A stretch of 39,620 bases of DNA, taken from assembly GCA_032718475.1 (NCBI GenBank), contig JAUCBJ010000846.1, positions 1-39,620 on the forward strand, read 5' to 3'. Every line of letters begins with the position of its first letter. Position 1 is the stretch's first letter. Below the pieces are notes generated by a model, which was given only the letters and a program-made list of their open reading frames with translations, ran no database searches and was not told where the DNA came from. The translations under genes were made by a program, and so were the position numbers. Shown piece after piece: positions 1-10,301 of the stretch. This DNA is from Nemertoderma westbladi (taxonomy: Eukaryota > Animalia > Xenacoelomorpha).

Positions 1-22
1 ATAAAGCATTTTTATTATTTAT

Positions 23-172
23 ATCCCCGCGCCCGCCATACTGACTCCATCTGACTGGGTATGCCATCCCCGCGCCCACCATACTGACTCCATCTGACTG
101 GGTATGCCATCCCCGCGCCCGCCTTACTGACTCCATCTGACTGGGTATTCCATCCCCGCGCCCGCCTTACTG
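23..172. repeat. 43-bp minisatellite, left segment (~3.5 units)
   Basis: Unit CTGACTCCATCTGACTGGGTATGCCATCCCCGCGCCCGCCATA; the array stops abruptly at ...CCTTACTG where the LINE begins. Confidence 0.95.
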
Positions 173-331
173 TTGGGCAATGAAATCTGGATAGTACAGC
201 AGTAATCAGATACTGACCTACTGCAGTCTGGCAATACCGGACCGTTTTTAAATAATTACTATATTTGTCATTATATATTTATACTTTTTGCCTGTGGAGT
301 TCTGGGTGTTTAGATAACTACGATTATCTCT

Positions 332-3300
332 ATGGATAAACTGCGGAAGGCCAGTACTTTACGACTCAAACAATTACTGGAGAAAAATGGCGCGTCATCG
401 TCGGGAAGTCGGGCACAACTACTTATTCGCGCAGATCGCCTATCCATAAAAGGCAAGCTGCATTCTACTAACAGTGGCCTGGATGAAACGAAGGTCCGAA
501 TGGATAGAACGAACTCGCTTTCCAACAACGCATCGGATTCAAATGATACCAACCATGTGAGAAGACCCACCGAACACTTGACCCCTCCAAGGGGACCCAC
601 CGAACCCGGGGTGAGTCCAAGGGGACCATCTGAACCTGGGGTGAGTCCGAAGGGAACCGCCGAACCCGGGGAGAATCCGAGGGGACCCGCTGAACCCGGG
701 GAGAATCTGAGGGGACCCGCCGCACCCGGGGTGAGTCCGAAGGGAACCGCCGAACCCAGGGTGAGTCTGAGGGGACCTGCCGAACCCAGGGTGAATCCGA
801 GGGGACCCGCCGAACCCAGGGTGAATCCAAGGGGACCCGATGAACCCAGGGTTAATCCGAAGGGACCCACCGAACCCGGGGTGAGTCCGAAGAGTACGAG
901 AACCGCCGAACCCGGGGTGAATCCGAGGGGACACGCCGAACCCGGGGTGAGTCCGAAGGGTCCCGCCGAACCCGGGGCGAGTCCGAAGGGTCCCGCCGAA
1001 CCCAGGGAGAATCCGAGGGGACACGCTGAACCCGGGGTGAGTCTGAGGGGACCTGCCGAACCCGGGGTGAATCTAAGGGGACCCGCCGAACCCGGGGCGA
1101 GTCCGAAGGGTCCCGCCGAACCCAGGGAGAATCCGAGGGGACACGCCGAACCCGGGGTGAGTCCGAAGGGTCCCGCCGAACCCAGGGTGAATCCGAGGGG
1201 ACCCGCCAAAACTGGGGTGAATCCAAGGGGAACCGCCGAACCCAGGGTGAATCCGAGGGGACCTGCCAAAACTAGGGTGAGTCCAATGGGACCTGCCGTA
1301 CCAGCGGTGAATCCGAGGGGACCCGCCGAGCCCAGGGTGACTGTGGTGGGACCTGCTGAACCTAGGGCAGCACCAGGGGGAACCACCAAACCTGGGGTGA
1401 ATCCGAGGGGACCCGCCGAACCTGGGGTGAATCCGAGGGGACCCGCCAATCCCGGGGTGAGTCCAAGGGGACCTGCCAAACACGCAGTGAGTAAAATGGG
1501 ACCTGCCGAACCAGGGGTGAATCCGAGGGGACCTGCCGAACCCAGGGTGAATCCGAGGGGACCCGCCGAACCCGGGGTGAGACCAATGGGACCTGCCGAA
1601 CTATGGTTGAATCCGGGGGGACCCGCCGAACCTGGGGTGAATCCGAGGGGACCCGCCGAGCCCGGGGTGAATCCGAGGGGACCCGCCGAACCAGGGGTGA
1701 ATCCGAGGGGACCCGCCGAACCCGCGATGTATCCGAGGGGACCTGCCGAGCCCGGGGTGAATCTGAGGGGACCCGTCGAGCCCGGGGTGACTGTGGCGGG
1801 ACCTCCATGGGTATCTGCCGAACCCAGGACGCTCACAAGGGGTTCTACAATCGTAAAGGACCTGCAGGATGATGGTACTTGGTCCAAAAGAGAATGCTTT
1901 ATTGCTAATGTTGTTAATCCACCATTGTCACCAGATATTTTAGTTCTTCAACATACAGAAGCATATATAGATCCCCCTTTGGACCCAGAGGTTTGGATTG
2001 ACCCCTCACAGTTATTATCTCAGGATCACCTAGCCGAGATAACCCCGAGTAACCATTCAGTGATGAACGCCACTGTACAGTCTGCCCCTAGACAGACACC
2101 AGATGACACTGTAAAAGATGCCCTGAGACATGATTTCGTGATCCCGAGTCCAAAAAAACAGGAACATGAGCTTATCTTATTAGATGACATTGATGATGTG
2201 AGGCCTTGTGGAATACCCTATCCAAATGAAGCCACTGTAATTTTACATCATAATGACAAACGTATACCCCCTGCTACTGATATTAACAAAAGGAAGCAGG
2301 GATCTCTGTTGAATTGGTTGTATCATAATAAAAACATCAATAATCATATGTCAATTAAAGTTCCTGAGATTTCTAGTCCTACCACTGAACAACCACCCCC
2401 TGTATTTCATTCTGAACCACCTGTGAACCTGGATTCAAGTGTAATGGAGCTGATTGACCCTCCTAAGCACCAAGCTTACTCTATGACAACAGATCAAAGC
2501 CATGTAATATCTCATGAACCCACTCTACCGGGTATCGAAGTGGAAGCAGAAATCAACATCCATACAGCTTCAGAAAAGAACAGATCCAGTGGGAGCATAT
2601 TTGATATGCATGAGGTCTGCAATTTTTTCCCTGATATTGAAATTGGATACAATGAGCAAAATATTATTGATGCTGCACTCATGCCAGTTAAAACAACTGG
2701 GCTTACCTTGCTAAAACCTGGTGATATTGATTGGTCATACCTAAAGCCAGGACAGTGGTTTTCAACCACTATCGTGGATTGCTTCCTCTCACTTCTTTCT
2801 AGATCAATGGGCAATGCCTTGTGTGGGATTGACTCTGGGCTATGCTCAAAACTTCAGCAGAAGAGCTTCGATATATCTAGTGCCATCAAATATATCACAG
2901 CAGCATGTGATATATCTAGTACATCCCTGATTTTATTTCCCGACTGCAACGATGCTCATTTTGTCTTACATGTTGCAAATCTTAAAGATAAATCCGTCCG
3001 CACATTGTGCAGCTTGACACCAGCGAAAAAACCGACTAAAAATACACGGATGATTGCCGATCTCCTTAATATGATCAGCAGAGTTAAGGGACAAAAGGAT
3101 AACTGGACCCCAAAAATTTGCTTGAAACCATATCCCTTACAGGAAAATTCCTATGATTGTGGTGGATTTCTGTGCTTATACGCCGTTGCTTTGTGTAATG
3201 GAAGCCCACTACGAGAAGAGTACAAAGACTCTAATCTGCTCCGTAAGTGGATTAAGGCCTGCTTAGAAAATATCAAAGTAGATATTAACTCAAATACAGC

Positions 3301-4837
3301 ACACTTGAAGAATACTTCAATAATATCTCTAGATCCAACTGCTAAAACCTTCAAACCAAAACCCGACAATGGATTCGACTTAAATGTAGGAAGTGACTCT
3401 GAACACAAATCTAGTTTCCCAACCTATAAGGTATACGATCTTGGGCCTCTCCTCATCTGCTCGAAAAAAGAAGCAATAAAAACCCTGAAAGCAGTAACTG
3501 ACATGAAGAAGAAACAAATAAGAGAGCTCTTATTCCAAGACCTAAAACCACTTATGTCACCCACTCAGAGTCTGTGCCTTGAGTTATGTCCAAGAAATAA
3601 TTCACGCGAGTTTGCACTCGATATCTATGAATTGATGCACTCTGTTAAAGATAATACATTATCAGAGCTGTGCAGAAGGCGTTTGAGAAAGGCAGCTACA
3701 AACACTGACTCTAACAATGGATATGAGCAGTTAAAGCAAGACCTAATCACTGCAGTTGCAACACTACAATCAAGAATGTGCAAGGTGGAGAATGAGAATG
3801 ACAGACTTAAGGGCGACAATATAAGACTCAAGGAGGACCTTGAACATGAAAGACACAAACGCATAGTTTTAGAGGCAAAAGTGGAACTCATAGGTAAGAA
3901 AAATTCCACAAACCCCCATGAGAGCAACTGCAGCTCACCACGAACTACCAAATCGCACTCTAGTACATCAACCTACATCGTTCTTGACTCAGTTGACTGC
4001 CCAACCAACACATCTTCTGATGAACCTGACAGCAGTGAGAAAGAAGATTGGTCAGTGCCAAGAAAAACATGCAAACCTATTAGTGAGCGAAAGGTGAGTC
4101 ACGATACATATATGAATCGACTTGGTAACATCTATGAACATCTACCTGATGAGAACAATAAAGGGTCAGCCTTGGTACAAGCAGTACCTAGAATATATTC
4201 CAGTGATCAACTTCAACATGTACACTTCGAGGACATACCAGACTCAAACAAGCCTAGAATTAATGGACAAAAGAGGTTTTCTAGAATTTGGGAAACTGTC
4301 AAGTCTAACCCTTCCAATGATCAGCCCTCCTCTCCTACTGACAGTTCGAACTCTACATATGAGGTGCTTACAAGATACAATAATAAGCCAACACCTTCAG
4401 GACCCAATATACAAGGACATGGATATAGTCGAAAAAAACCCCAGTTCTCTTCACTAAATGTATCAAATAGGGATGCATTTGGTATTGCTGGTTACCCCAA
4501 CTCATATATTGACCATCATAACACACACATCAAAACAAGTCATAGCCCATCATACAGCGGCATGTACTCATATATGTACGTCTCCGGAGTTCACAAACAG
4601 TACGATACTGAGGATCTATTACTCTTCCTGGCCCAGAGGGACATCACAGTCTACTATACAAAAATTTTCACAAAATCCAGGACACACAACTTCAGGATTA
4701 CAGTAGATCCTCATGTTAGAGAGACGCTTTGCCATGATTCGTTTTGGCCATATGGAGTAACATGCCGTGAGTGGATCCCTAATCAAATGCCCCATTACAG
4801 TTCAACTACTAGACCAGTAGGCAGGCACCATTTTTAA
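332..4837 (+). CDS. LINE ORF1p, 1501 aa: SAP-like motif, 10-aa repeats, Ulp1/C48-like peptidase, coiled coil, C-terminal RRM-like domain
   Basis: N-terminal LRLKQLLEKNGASSSGSRAQLLIR (SAP-like). LKPGQWF..., LILFP...HFVL and PLQENSYDCGGFLC (C48 motifs). Heptad-like stretch LQSRMCKVENENDRLKGDNIRLKEDL. C-terminal YMYVSGV...FRITV...FWPYGVTCREW, typical of invertebrate LINE ORF1 ends. Confidence 0.88.
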   Translation: MDKLRKASTLRLKQLLEKNGASSSGSRAQLLIRADRLSIKGKLHSTNSGLDETKVRMDRTNSLSNNASDSNDTNHVRRPTEHLTPPRGPTEPGVSPRGPSEPGVSPKGTAEPGENPRGPAEPGENLRGPAAPGVSPKGTAEPRVSLRGPAEPRVNPRGPAEPRVNPRGPDEPRVNPKGPTEPGVSPKSTRTAEPGVNPRGHAEPGVSPKGPAEPGASPKGPAEPRENPRGHAEPGVSLRGPAEPGVNLRGPAEPGASPKGPAEPRENPRGHAEPGVSPKGPAEPRVNPRGPAKTGVNPRGTAEPRVNPRGPAKTRVSPMGPAVPAVNPRGPAEPRVTVVGPAEPRAAPGGTTKPGVNPRGPAEPGVNPRGPANPGVSPRGPAKHAVSKMGPAEPGVNPRGPAEPRVNPRGPAEPGVRPMGPAELWLNPGGPAEPGVNPRGPAEPGVNPRGPAEPGVNPRGPAEPAMYPRGPAEPGVNLRGPVEPGVTVAGPPWVSAEPRTLTRGSTIVKDLQDDGTWSKRECFIANVVNPPLSPDILVLQHTEAYIDPPLDPEVWIDPSQLLSQDHLAEITPSNHSVMNATVQSAPRQTPDDTVKDALRHDFVIPSPKKQEHELILLDDIDDVRPCGIPYPNEATVILHHNDKRIPPATDINKRKQGSLLNWLYHNKNINNHMSIKVPEISSPTTEQPPPVFHSEPPVNLDSSVMELIDPPKHQAYSMTTDQSHVISHEPTLPGIEVEAEINIHTASEKNRSSGSIFDMHEVCNFFPDIEIGYNEQNIIDAALMPVKTTGLTLLKPGDIDWSYLKPGQWFSTTIVDCFLSLLSRSMGNALCGIDSGLCSKLQQKSFDISSAIKYITAACDISSTSLILFPDCNDAHFVLHVANLKDKSVRTLCSLTPAKKPTKNTRMIADLLNMISRVKGQKDNWTPKICLKPYPLQENSYDCGGFLCLYAVALCNGSPLREEYKDSNLLRKWIKACLENIKVDINSNTAHLKNTSIISLDPTAKTFKPKPDNGFDLNVGSDSEHKSSFPTYKVYDLGPLLICSKKEAIKTLKAVTDMKKKQIRELLFQDLKPLMSPTQSLCLELCPRNNSREFALDIYELMHSVKDNTLSELCRRRLRKAATNTDSNNGYEQLKQDLITAVATLQSRMCKVENENDRLKGDNIRLKEDLEHERHKRIVLEAKVELIGKKNSTNPHESNCSSPRTTKSHSSTSTYIVLDSVDCPTNTSSDEPDSSEKEDWSVPRKTCKPISERKVSHDTYMNRLGNIYEHLPDENNKGSALVQAVPRIYSSDQLQHVHFEDIPDSNKPRINGQKRFSRIWETVKSNPSNDQPSSPTDSSNSTYEVLTRYNNKPTPSGPNIQGHGYSRKKPQFSSLNVSNRDAFGIAGYPNSYIDHHNTHIKTSHSPSYSGMYSYMYVSGVHKQYDTEDLLLFLAQRDITVYYTKIFTKSRTHNFRITVDPHVRETLCHDSFWPYGVTCREWIPNQMPHYSSTTRPVGRHHF
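592..1830 (+). repeat. 30-bp coding tandem repeat in ORF1 (~40 x GPAEPGVNPR-like)
   Basis: Unit GGACCCGCCGAACCCGGGGTGAATCCGAGG; the reading frame is preserved throughout, including a 6-nt insertion near 893. Confidence 0.95.
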
Positions 4838-4877
4838 CACTTGCTTCTTAAATGGACCAACTCGATTATATGACAAC

Positions 4878-7800
4878 ATGTCTCAGCAATATGAAAAAAT
4901 CTCATCTTCTGATTTGGCTACAAGTAACTCTTTTCCCCTCAGCACTATCAAATTGCCTCATTCCACTATTTCAAGCAAGGCAAAAGCATATGGTGTGGAT
5001 CTGTCTTATGGCTCTAGAGGGAACCATCAACAAGATGAAATGGATAGTCTACTGAGACATGAAGATACACAGCAACTAAGGGTTTCAACATACAACTGCC
5101 GTGGTTTTCACACAAGTAGTGATTACATTCTCAAGCTAATGTCCATCAGTGATGTGGTTGCTATTCAAGAGCATTGGCTAGATGCCATTGAGGCTGCTGT
5201 TCTGCTACCAAGTCTACACACTGAGTTTACCTGTGTATATACAACTCATTGTTCATCTGGCAACCCTTACCGTGGAAATGGCGGGGTCGCAATCTGGTAT
5301 AGACATAAAATACTTCATGGAGTCACACAAGTAGAATCAGGTCCTGACATTATTGGAATACATGGAAATATAAAGAATGGCAATCCTGTTATTTTACTAT
5401 CCTGTTATGCTCCTGATAGCTCAAAACCTTGTGATACATTTGAAGATTTCCTTGGGAGATTATCTGCTGTAATAAACTCACATCATGACGCAATCCCAAT
5501 AATCTTAGCTGACACAAACTCTGATGTTGGACCAATGCAGGGACCTCGCTTCGGCAGAAATACAGCCACACCAAGGGGTAAACGTCTGAACAGCTTCCTA
5601 TCAATGAATAATATTTTTTGTGCTGATACATCTGAATGGTTCACAGGCCCTTGCATCACTTTTAAGGGTCATGGTTCCTCCTATATTGACCATATACTAA
5701 CAAGTGAAAGTGGAATGGAGTGTCTATCCCATGGTTTTGTTCTTGAAAGAGACCCTGTTGAAAACTATTCAGATCACTCACCACTCATTGCTTACTTCAA
5801 ATTTCCCCAGAATATCACTTTGGGTAGTGCAAGAAGCGGGGCTGCCAGGGACAAACAGAATACTACAAATACTATACGGTTCTGCTGGGAAAGAGTGACA
5901 AAAGTGCAACAAGAACGCTATGATCAACTTGTCAATGTTGGCATTACAAACCTTCAATCATTAAGTAACAAACCACATGTTTACTGGACTTCAACAGACC
6001 TCAATGATTTCAGTAATGAGCTGCAAAACATAATTTACAAAGCTGCAATATCAGCACTACCAATAATGAAGAAAACTCGCATTACTAAGAATATTCGGGT
6101 CCGGTCTAATGCATTGAAGGAGAGGTCAAAAACTACCAAGGACCTTTTCAAACTGTGGTGCAGGAGAGATAAGGAAGACCCTATGCTTGAGAAGGCCTAC
6201 AAAGATTCAAAAAGGTCTGTCAGACGAATGAAAAACTGGTTATCAAAAAATATTGTTTCCAATGAAGTGAATCGGAAATCAAAGCTCCTGAATAGGGATC
6301 CTAAGAGGTTTTGGCGTAACTTCAAATCATCATCACCAGCAGCCCCTCCCCCACAAGTACAGGAAAGCATCAAATGTAGTCTTTATAAAGAACACTCTAC
6401 TGGTACTATGGAGAATGAAAATCTGGTCAAACTGTCAAACGACCTTTACAAAGCCAGCACCCAAGCAGAGGTCCCAACAGTATCACCAAACACCATCAAA
6501 AGGGCAATATTGGCGCTCTCCAAAGGGAAGGCCCCTGATAAGACATCACTAGTTGTTGAACATCTCCTTTGCATTGAGCCTAGCCATATTTGTCAGGTTC
6601 TAGCAGACATTATAAATGCGTGTTTCAGGCTTGGTGACGTTCCAAGTGTATTCGGGGAAACCGTAGTCTCTCATCAGCACAAAGGTAAGGGTCGCGATCC
6701 ACTCATTCGCAAGTCATATCGCCCAATCTCGATCGTTAATCTATTTGCCAAGATAATGGAATCTGTAGTGCTCTCCGAATACTTATCGATTGTGTTACCT
6801 GAACTTGTCTCTCCATCGCAATTGGCATACCAACGGAAAATTGGGTCAGATCTCATCCTAGCTGCAGTGCTAGAATGTTTGGAATCGCAGCATTCAAAAG
6901 GTAATGCTATATTCCTGTGTCAGCTCGATGTTTCATCAGCTTTCGACAATGTTGATCACTTTACCCTGTTCAACAAACTCAAGGACCATCTCAATCCACA
7001 TATTTGCCTAATGCTTCTTGCATATTACCAATGCACAGTAGTATTTCTGAAGTTTGGAGCAGATATATCCATGATGGGTATCTTCTTATCTAAGGGAGTA
7101 AAACAAGGGTCACTTCTCTCGCCAATTTTCTATAATTTCTACACCAGTGATGTTCTTAAAGCCTTGAAAGATGCTGGATACGACTGTGATGCATGCACCC
7201 TCTGGCTTAGCACAATTGCATATGCGGATGATATTCTAATAATGGGCAAATCTAGTGCTGAGGTTGAACATCAAATCAATATAATCATGGACGAACTTGA
7301 GAAAGTATGCTTGGAAGTTGAGAATAGTAAAACAAACTGGATATTTATACTTCCACATGGTGTCAGCAGCTCATCAGTTCCAACATTTATCAACGTAAAA
7401 GGCACATTGTTACCGCCACAACAGCATCTTACCTTTCTTGGATTTAAACTACAAAATGCCAGAACGTCTGCTGATGCTTTGGCTGATTGTATACAGTTGA
7501 TTGCATCCATCGCCGAATCCTTTCGGAGAAAAGGTTGGACTTCACGATGGCTCAATACTCATATACTGAGCCACCTCTGGTCCTCCATTGCCCTGCCTAC
7601 AATCATCTATAGTGCAAGGTTTATGGTTGGACGAATGACGAGCGGGGATAGAAACAAACTTGATACATACCATCGAAAGGCACTGAGGGGTCTTCTACAT
7701 TTGGGAACGTATGCTAGTAACTCGATAATATACAAACTGATGAAATGCCGACCTATTACCTCTGATGCATTTGCAGCTTCTATAGGCACTATAATTCGCA

Positions 7801-8135
7801 TATCTACGTGCCCTAATGCAATCTTACAAAGTCTATTGCGTATATCACTTCACAGGAACGCAAGACGAGCAGATTCCAGAAGTCAAAATCATTATATCGG
7901 GATTGGATCAACATATTATAATTGCCGTGAGTCATTTCCTGTTCCCTGCATAGTCTCTTTACTCACATACCAATACAGCAAATTGGATCTCATCTCTCGA
8001 CTGAACCTGGGTTCCCTGTCCGTCGGTGAGACAGCTCAGTGTGACTTCATTAATAATTGTTACAACGATATTTATAGTACATCCCCATTCAACACCCGAC
8101 ATAGTCGAATAATCGAATTTTTCAACACAATATAA
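4878..8135 (+). CDS. LINE ORF2p, 1085 aa: AP-endonuclease plus reverse transcriptase
   Basis: APE motifs STYNCRG, IQEHW, GGVAI, ADTN, SYIDH, SDHSP. RT motifs KAP, YRPIS, LDVSSAFDNVDH, GVKQGSLLSP, AYADD, FLG. No RNase H motif recognised. Confidence 0.95.
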   Translation: MSQQYEKISSSDLATSNSFPLSTIKLPHSTISSKAKAYGVDLSYGSRGNHQQDEMDSLLRHEDTQQLRVSTYNCRGFHTSSDYILKLMSISDVVAIQEHWLDAIEAAVLLPSLHTEFTCVYTTHCSSGNPYRGNGGVAIWYRHKILHGVTQVESGPDIIGIHGNIKNGNPVILLSCYAPDSSKPCDTFEDFLGRLSAVINSHHDAIPIILADTNSDVGPMQGPRFGRNTATPRGKRLNSFLSMNNIFCADTSEWFTGPCITFKGHGSSYIDHILTSESGMECLSHGFVLERDPVENYSDHSPLIAYFKFPQNITLGSARSGAARDKQNTTNTIRFCWERVTKVQQERYDQLVNVGITNLQSLSNKPHVYWTSTDLNDFSNELQNIIYKAAISALPIMKKTRITKNIRVRSNALKERSKTTKDLFKLWCRRDKEDPMLEKAYKDSKRSVRRMKNWLSKNIVSNEVNRKSKLLNRDPKRFWRNFKSSSPAAPPPQVQESIKCSLYKEHSTGTMENENLVKLSNDLYKASTQAEVPTVSPNTIKRAILALSKGKAPDKTSLVVEHLLCIEPSHICQVLADIINACFRLGDVPSVFGETVVSHQHKGKGRDPLIRKSYRPISIVNLFAKIMESVVLSEYLSIVLPELVSPSQLAYQRKIGSDLILAAVLECLESQHSKGNAIFLCQLDVSSAFDNVDHFTLFNKLKDHLNPHICLMLLAYYQCTVVFLKFGADISMMGIFLSKGVKQGSLLSPIFYNFYTSDVLKALKDAGYDCDACTLWLSTIAYADDILIMGKSSAEVEHQINIIMDELEKVCLEVENSKTNWIFILPHGVSSSSVPTFINVKGTLLPPQQHLTFLGFKLQNARTSADALADCIQLIASIAESFRRKGWTSRWLNTHILSHLWSSIALPTIIYSARFMVGRMTSGDRNKLDTYHRKALRGLLHLGTYASNSIIYKLMKCRPITSDAFAASIGTIIRISTCPNAILQSLLRISLHRNARRADSRSQNHYIGIGSTYYNCRESFPVPCIVSLLTYQYSKLDLISRLNLGSLSVGETAQCDFINNCYNDIYSTSPFNTRHSRIIEFFNTI

Positions 8136-8362
8136 GTGAGCCATCTACCTACAGCTCTATACCGTAACATTTTAATTATTTATCAGTGTCAACAGAAAAT
8201 TTATACTTCATGTCTGTCAAGTCTGATAATTACGAACTAACTTTAATCTATGTCTTATTAATTTAATGTTATACCGGTACTTTTTATCAGGTGTGTACAA
8301 AAATTTTAATTATATATCATTTTAGATGATTAAATAAATAAATAAATAAAATAAATAAAATA

Positions 8363-9191
8363 ACTGACTCCATCTGACCCGGTATGCCATCCCCGCGCCC
8401 GCCATACTGACTCCATCTGACTGGGTATGCCATCCCCGCGCCCACCATACTGACTCCATCTGACTGGGTATGCCATCCCCGCGCCCGCCTTACTGACTCC
8501 ATCTGACTGGGTATTCCATCCCCGCGCCCGCCTTACTGACTCCATCTGACCCGGTATGCCATCCCCGCGCCCGCCATACTGACTCCGTTTGACCTAGTAT
8601 GCCATCCCCGCGCCCGCCATACTGACTCCATCTGACTAGGTATGCCATCCCCGCGCCCGCCTTACTGACTCCATCTGACTCGGTATGCCATCCCCGCGCC
8701 CGCCATACTGACTCCATCTGACCTAGTATGCCATCCCCGCGCCCGCCATACTGACTCCATCTGACTGGGTATGCCATCCCTGCGCCCGCCATACTGACTC
8801 CATCTGACTGGGTATGCCATCCCCGCGCACGCCATACTGACTCCATCTGACTGGGTATGCCATCCCCGCGCCCGCCATACTGACTCCATCTGACTGGGTA
8901 TGCCATCCCCGCGCCCGCCATACTGACTCCATCTGACTGGGTATGCCATCCCCGCGCCCGCCATACTGGCTCCATCTGACTGGGTATGCCATCCCCGCGC
9001 CCGCCATACTGACTTCATCTGACTGGGTATGCCATCCCCGCGCCCGCCATACTGACTCCATCTGACTGGGTTTGCCATCCCCGCGCCCGCCCTACTGACT
9101 CCATCTGACTGGGTTTGCCATCCCCGCGCCCGCCCTACTGACTCCATCTGACTGGGTATGCCATCCCCGCGCCCGCCATACTGACTCCATC
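8363..9191. repeat. 43-bp minisatellite, right segment (~19 units)
   Basis: Same unit as 23-172, with point variants. Confidence 0.95.
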
Positions 9192-9774
9192 CTGTTAATG
9201 TTTTGATTATTTTTTGGTTGTTTTGGTTTTTATGTCTAATCAATAAATATTATCTTCATAATTCTCGAATTGTTTCACAACATTATTATTTATGTGTCGG
9301 TTTGTTTGTTTCATCTGATTCTTGGCGTTACCACCACTTTAGATGCTAAAGTAATGTGATACTGACTCGAGTGCCAAATATCTTTGAGGTAGTTAAACCT
9401 CAATTTATGGCACAATACAGGCCAATAGTAATATTAATAATTGAGCTAATAAATAATTTATTAATCAATTTTATCCATTTATTTAAAAGTAAATAGTTTT
9501 ATCGAAATCTCTGAAATCAAAAATCAATAACTACAGTTGCCCTTTCTGCGTTTGACACGGCAACATATGATTATAGTAACTAGGTATTTGTTGGAAACAA
9601 TTTTTTAATCTTTAATCCTGTTGGTAATATTATATAAATAATTGTATCTGTAGGATCTGTCCATGACCTACTATAACAGTAGTGTTATAGTAGGTCATGA
9701 TCTGTCGCTTACTAGTCTGTGTCTGTTTGAATTATCTACAATATATAACTTGTAATTTAATATTTGAGTCGAAT

Positions 9775-10301
9775 ATGTCAAATAAAGTGTCAGTAATTCT
9801 ATGGATTTTGTTCACCGTTCATCTGGAGTGCGCGAAATCACAGGAAAAATGCAAAACCTGCTCCCCCCAAACCGTCTGCCCCCAACTGTCGCTAAAGTCG
9901 GTAGACCAGCAGCCCGTGAAGTGTGTGTCGACATCCTTCGAGTGCGACCACATTACCGACTGTGATGACGGATCCGACGAGAGTGTTGCTACTTGCGGAG
10001 ACAAGGTCTCGAGATCCCAGATTCTTAGCCCTGCGCAATGGTGCCCAGTGTTCAACCACCCGATATACTCAACCAGAGCCGCCGAGGCAGAATCCCGCGA
10101 AGTTCCCTTCCCTTGGAGAAATTTTGGACTTTTCCGTAGTGAAATGAATCAGCCTTTTTTCTGTAATGTGCAGAAAAGTTGCAGCAACAGATCTGCCTTG
10201 TCAAATAATCCACCATTTTGTGAAGGGGAAGAGGGAGAGGAGGGAGAGGGAGGAAGTGGCTGTTTTGGAGATGGCCCTCGTTATGTACCACAAGCTTTCC
10301 G
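9775..10301 (+). CDS. Secreted LDLa-like/Cys-rich protein, exon 1 (signal peptide plus first LDLa-like module)
   Basis: ATG followed by MSNKVSVILWILFTVHLECAKS (signal-like); FECDHITDCDDGSDE; donor GTAAGT at 10302, phase 2. Confidence 0.8.

Larger units (their letters stand above)
173..8362 (+). mobile_element. Apparently full-length non-LTR retrotransposon (LINE, APE+RT type; RTEX/Proto2/CR1-group-like, clade not determined)
   Basis: ~160-bp 5' UTR, two long uninterrupted ORFs, ~200-bp 3' UTR and a (TAAA)n tail at ~8330-8362. ACTG lies at both junctions (169-172 and 8363-8366), and the minisatellite resumes in register. Confidence 0.92.

Noticed and set aside
592-1830. Collagen-like or elastin-like host gene
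   Set aside because: The period is 10 aa, not Gly-X-Y, and the repeat is continuous with LINE ORF1.
310-1887. 525-aa antisense ORF and other overlapping ORFs opposite ORF1
   Set aside because: By-product of a GC-rich, stop-poor 30-bp repeat; no independent domain signal.
8317-9243. Minus-strand ORFs in the 43-bp array
   Set aside because: Translations of a non-triplet minisatellite cycling through frames.
9697-9774. Upstream in-frame ATG for the LDLa gene
   Set aside because: The ATG at 9775 directly precedes a better signal peptide and follows a TATA-like stretch; not fully excluded.
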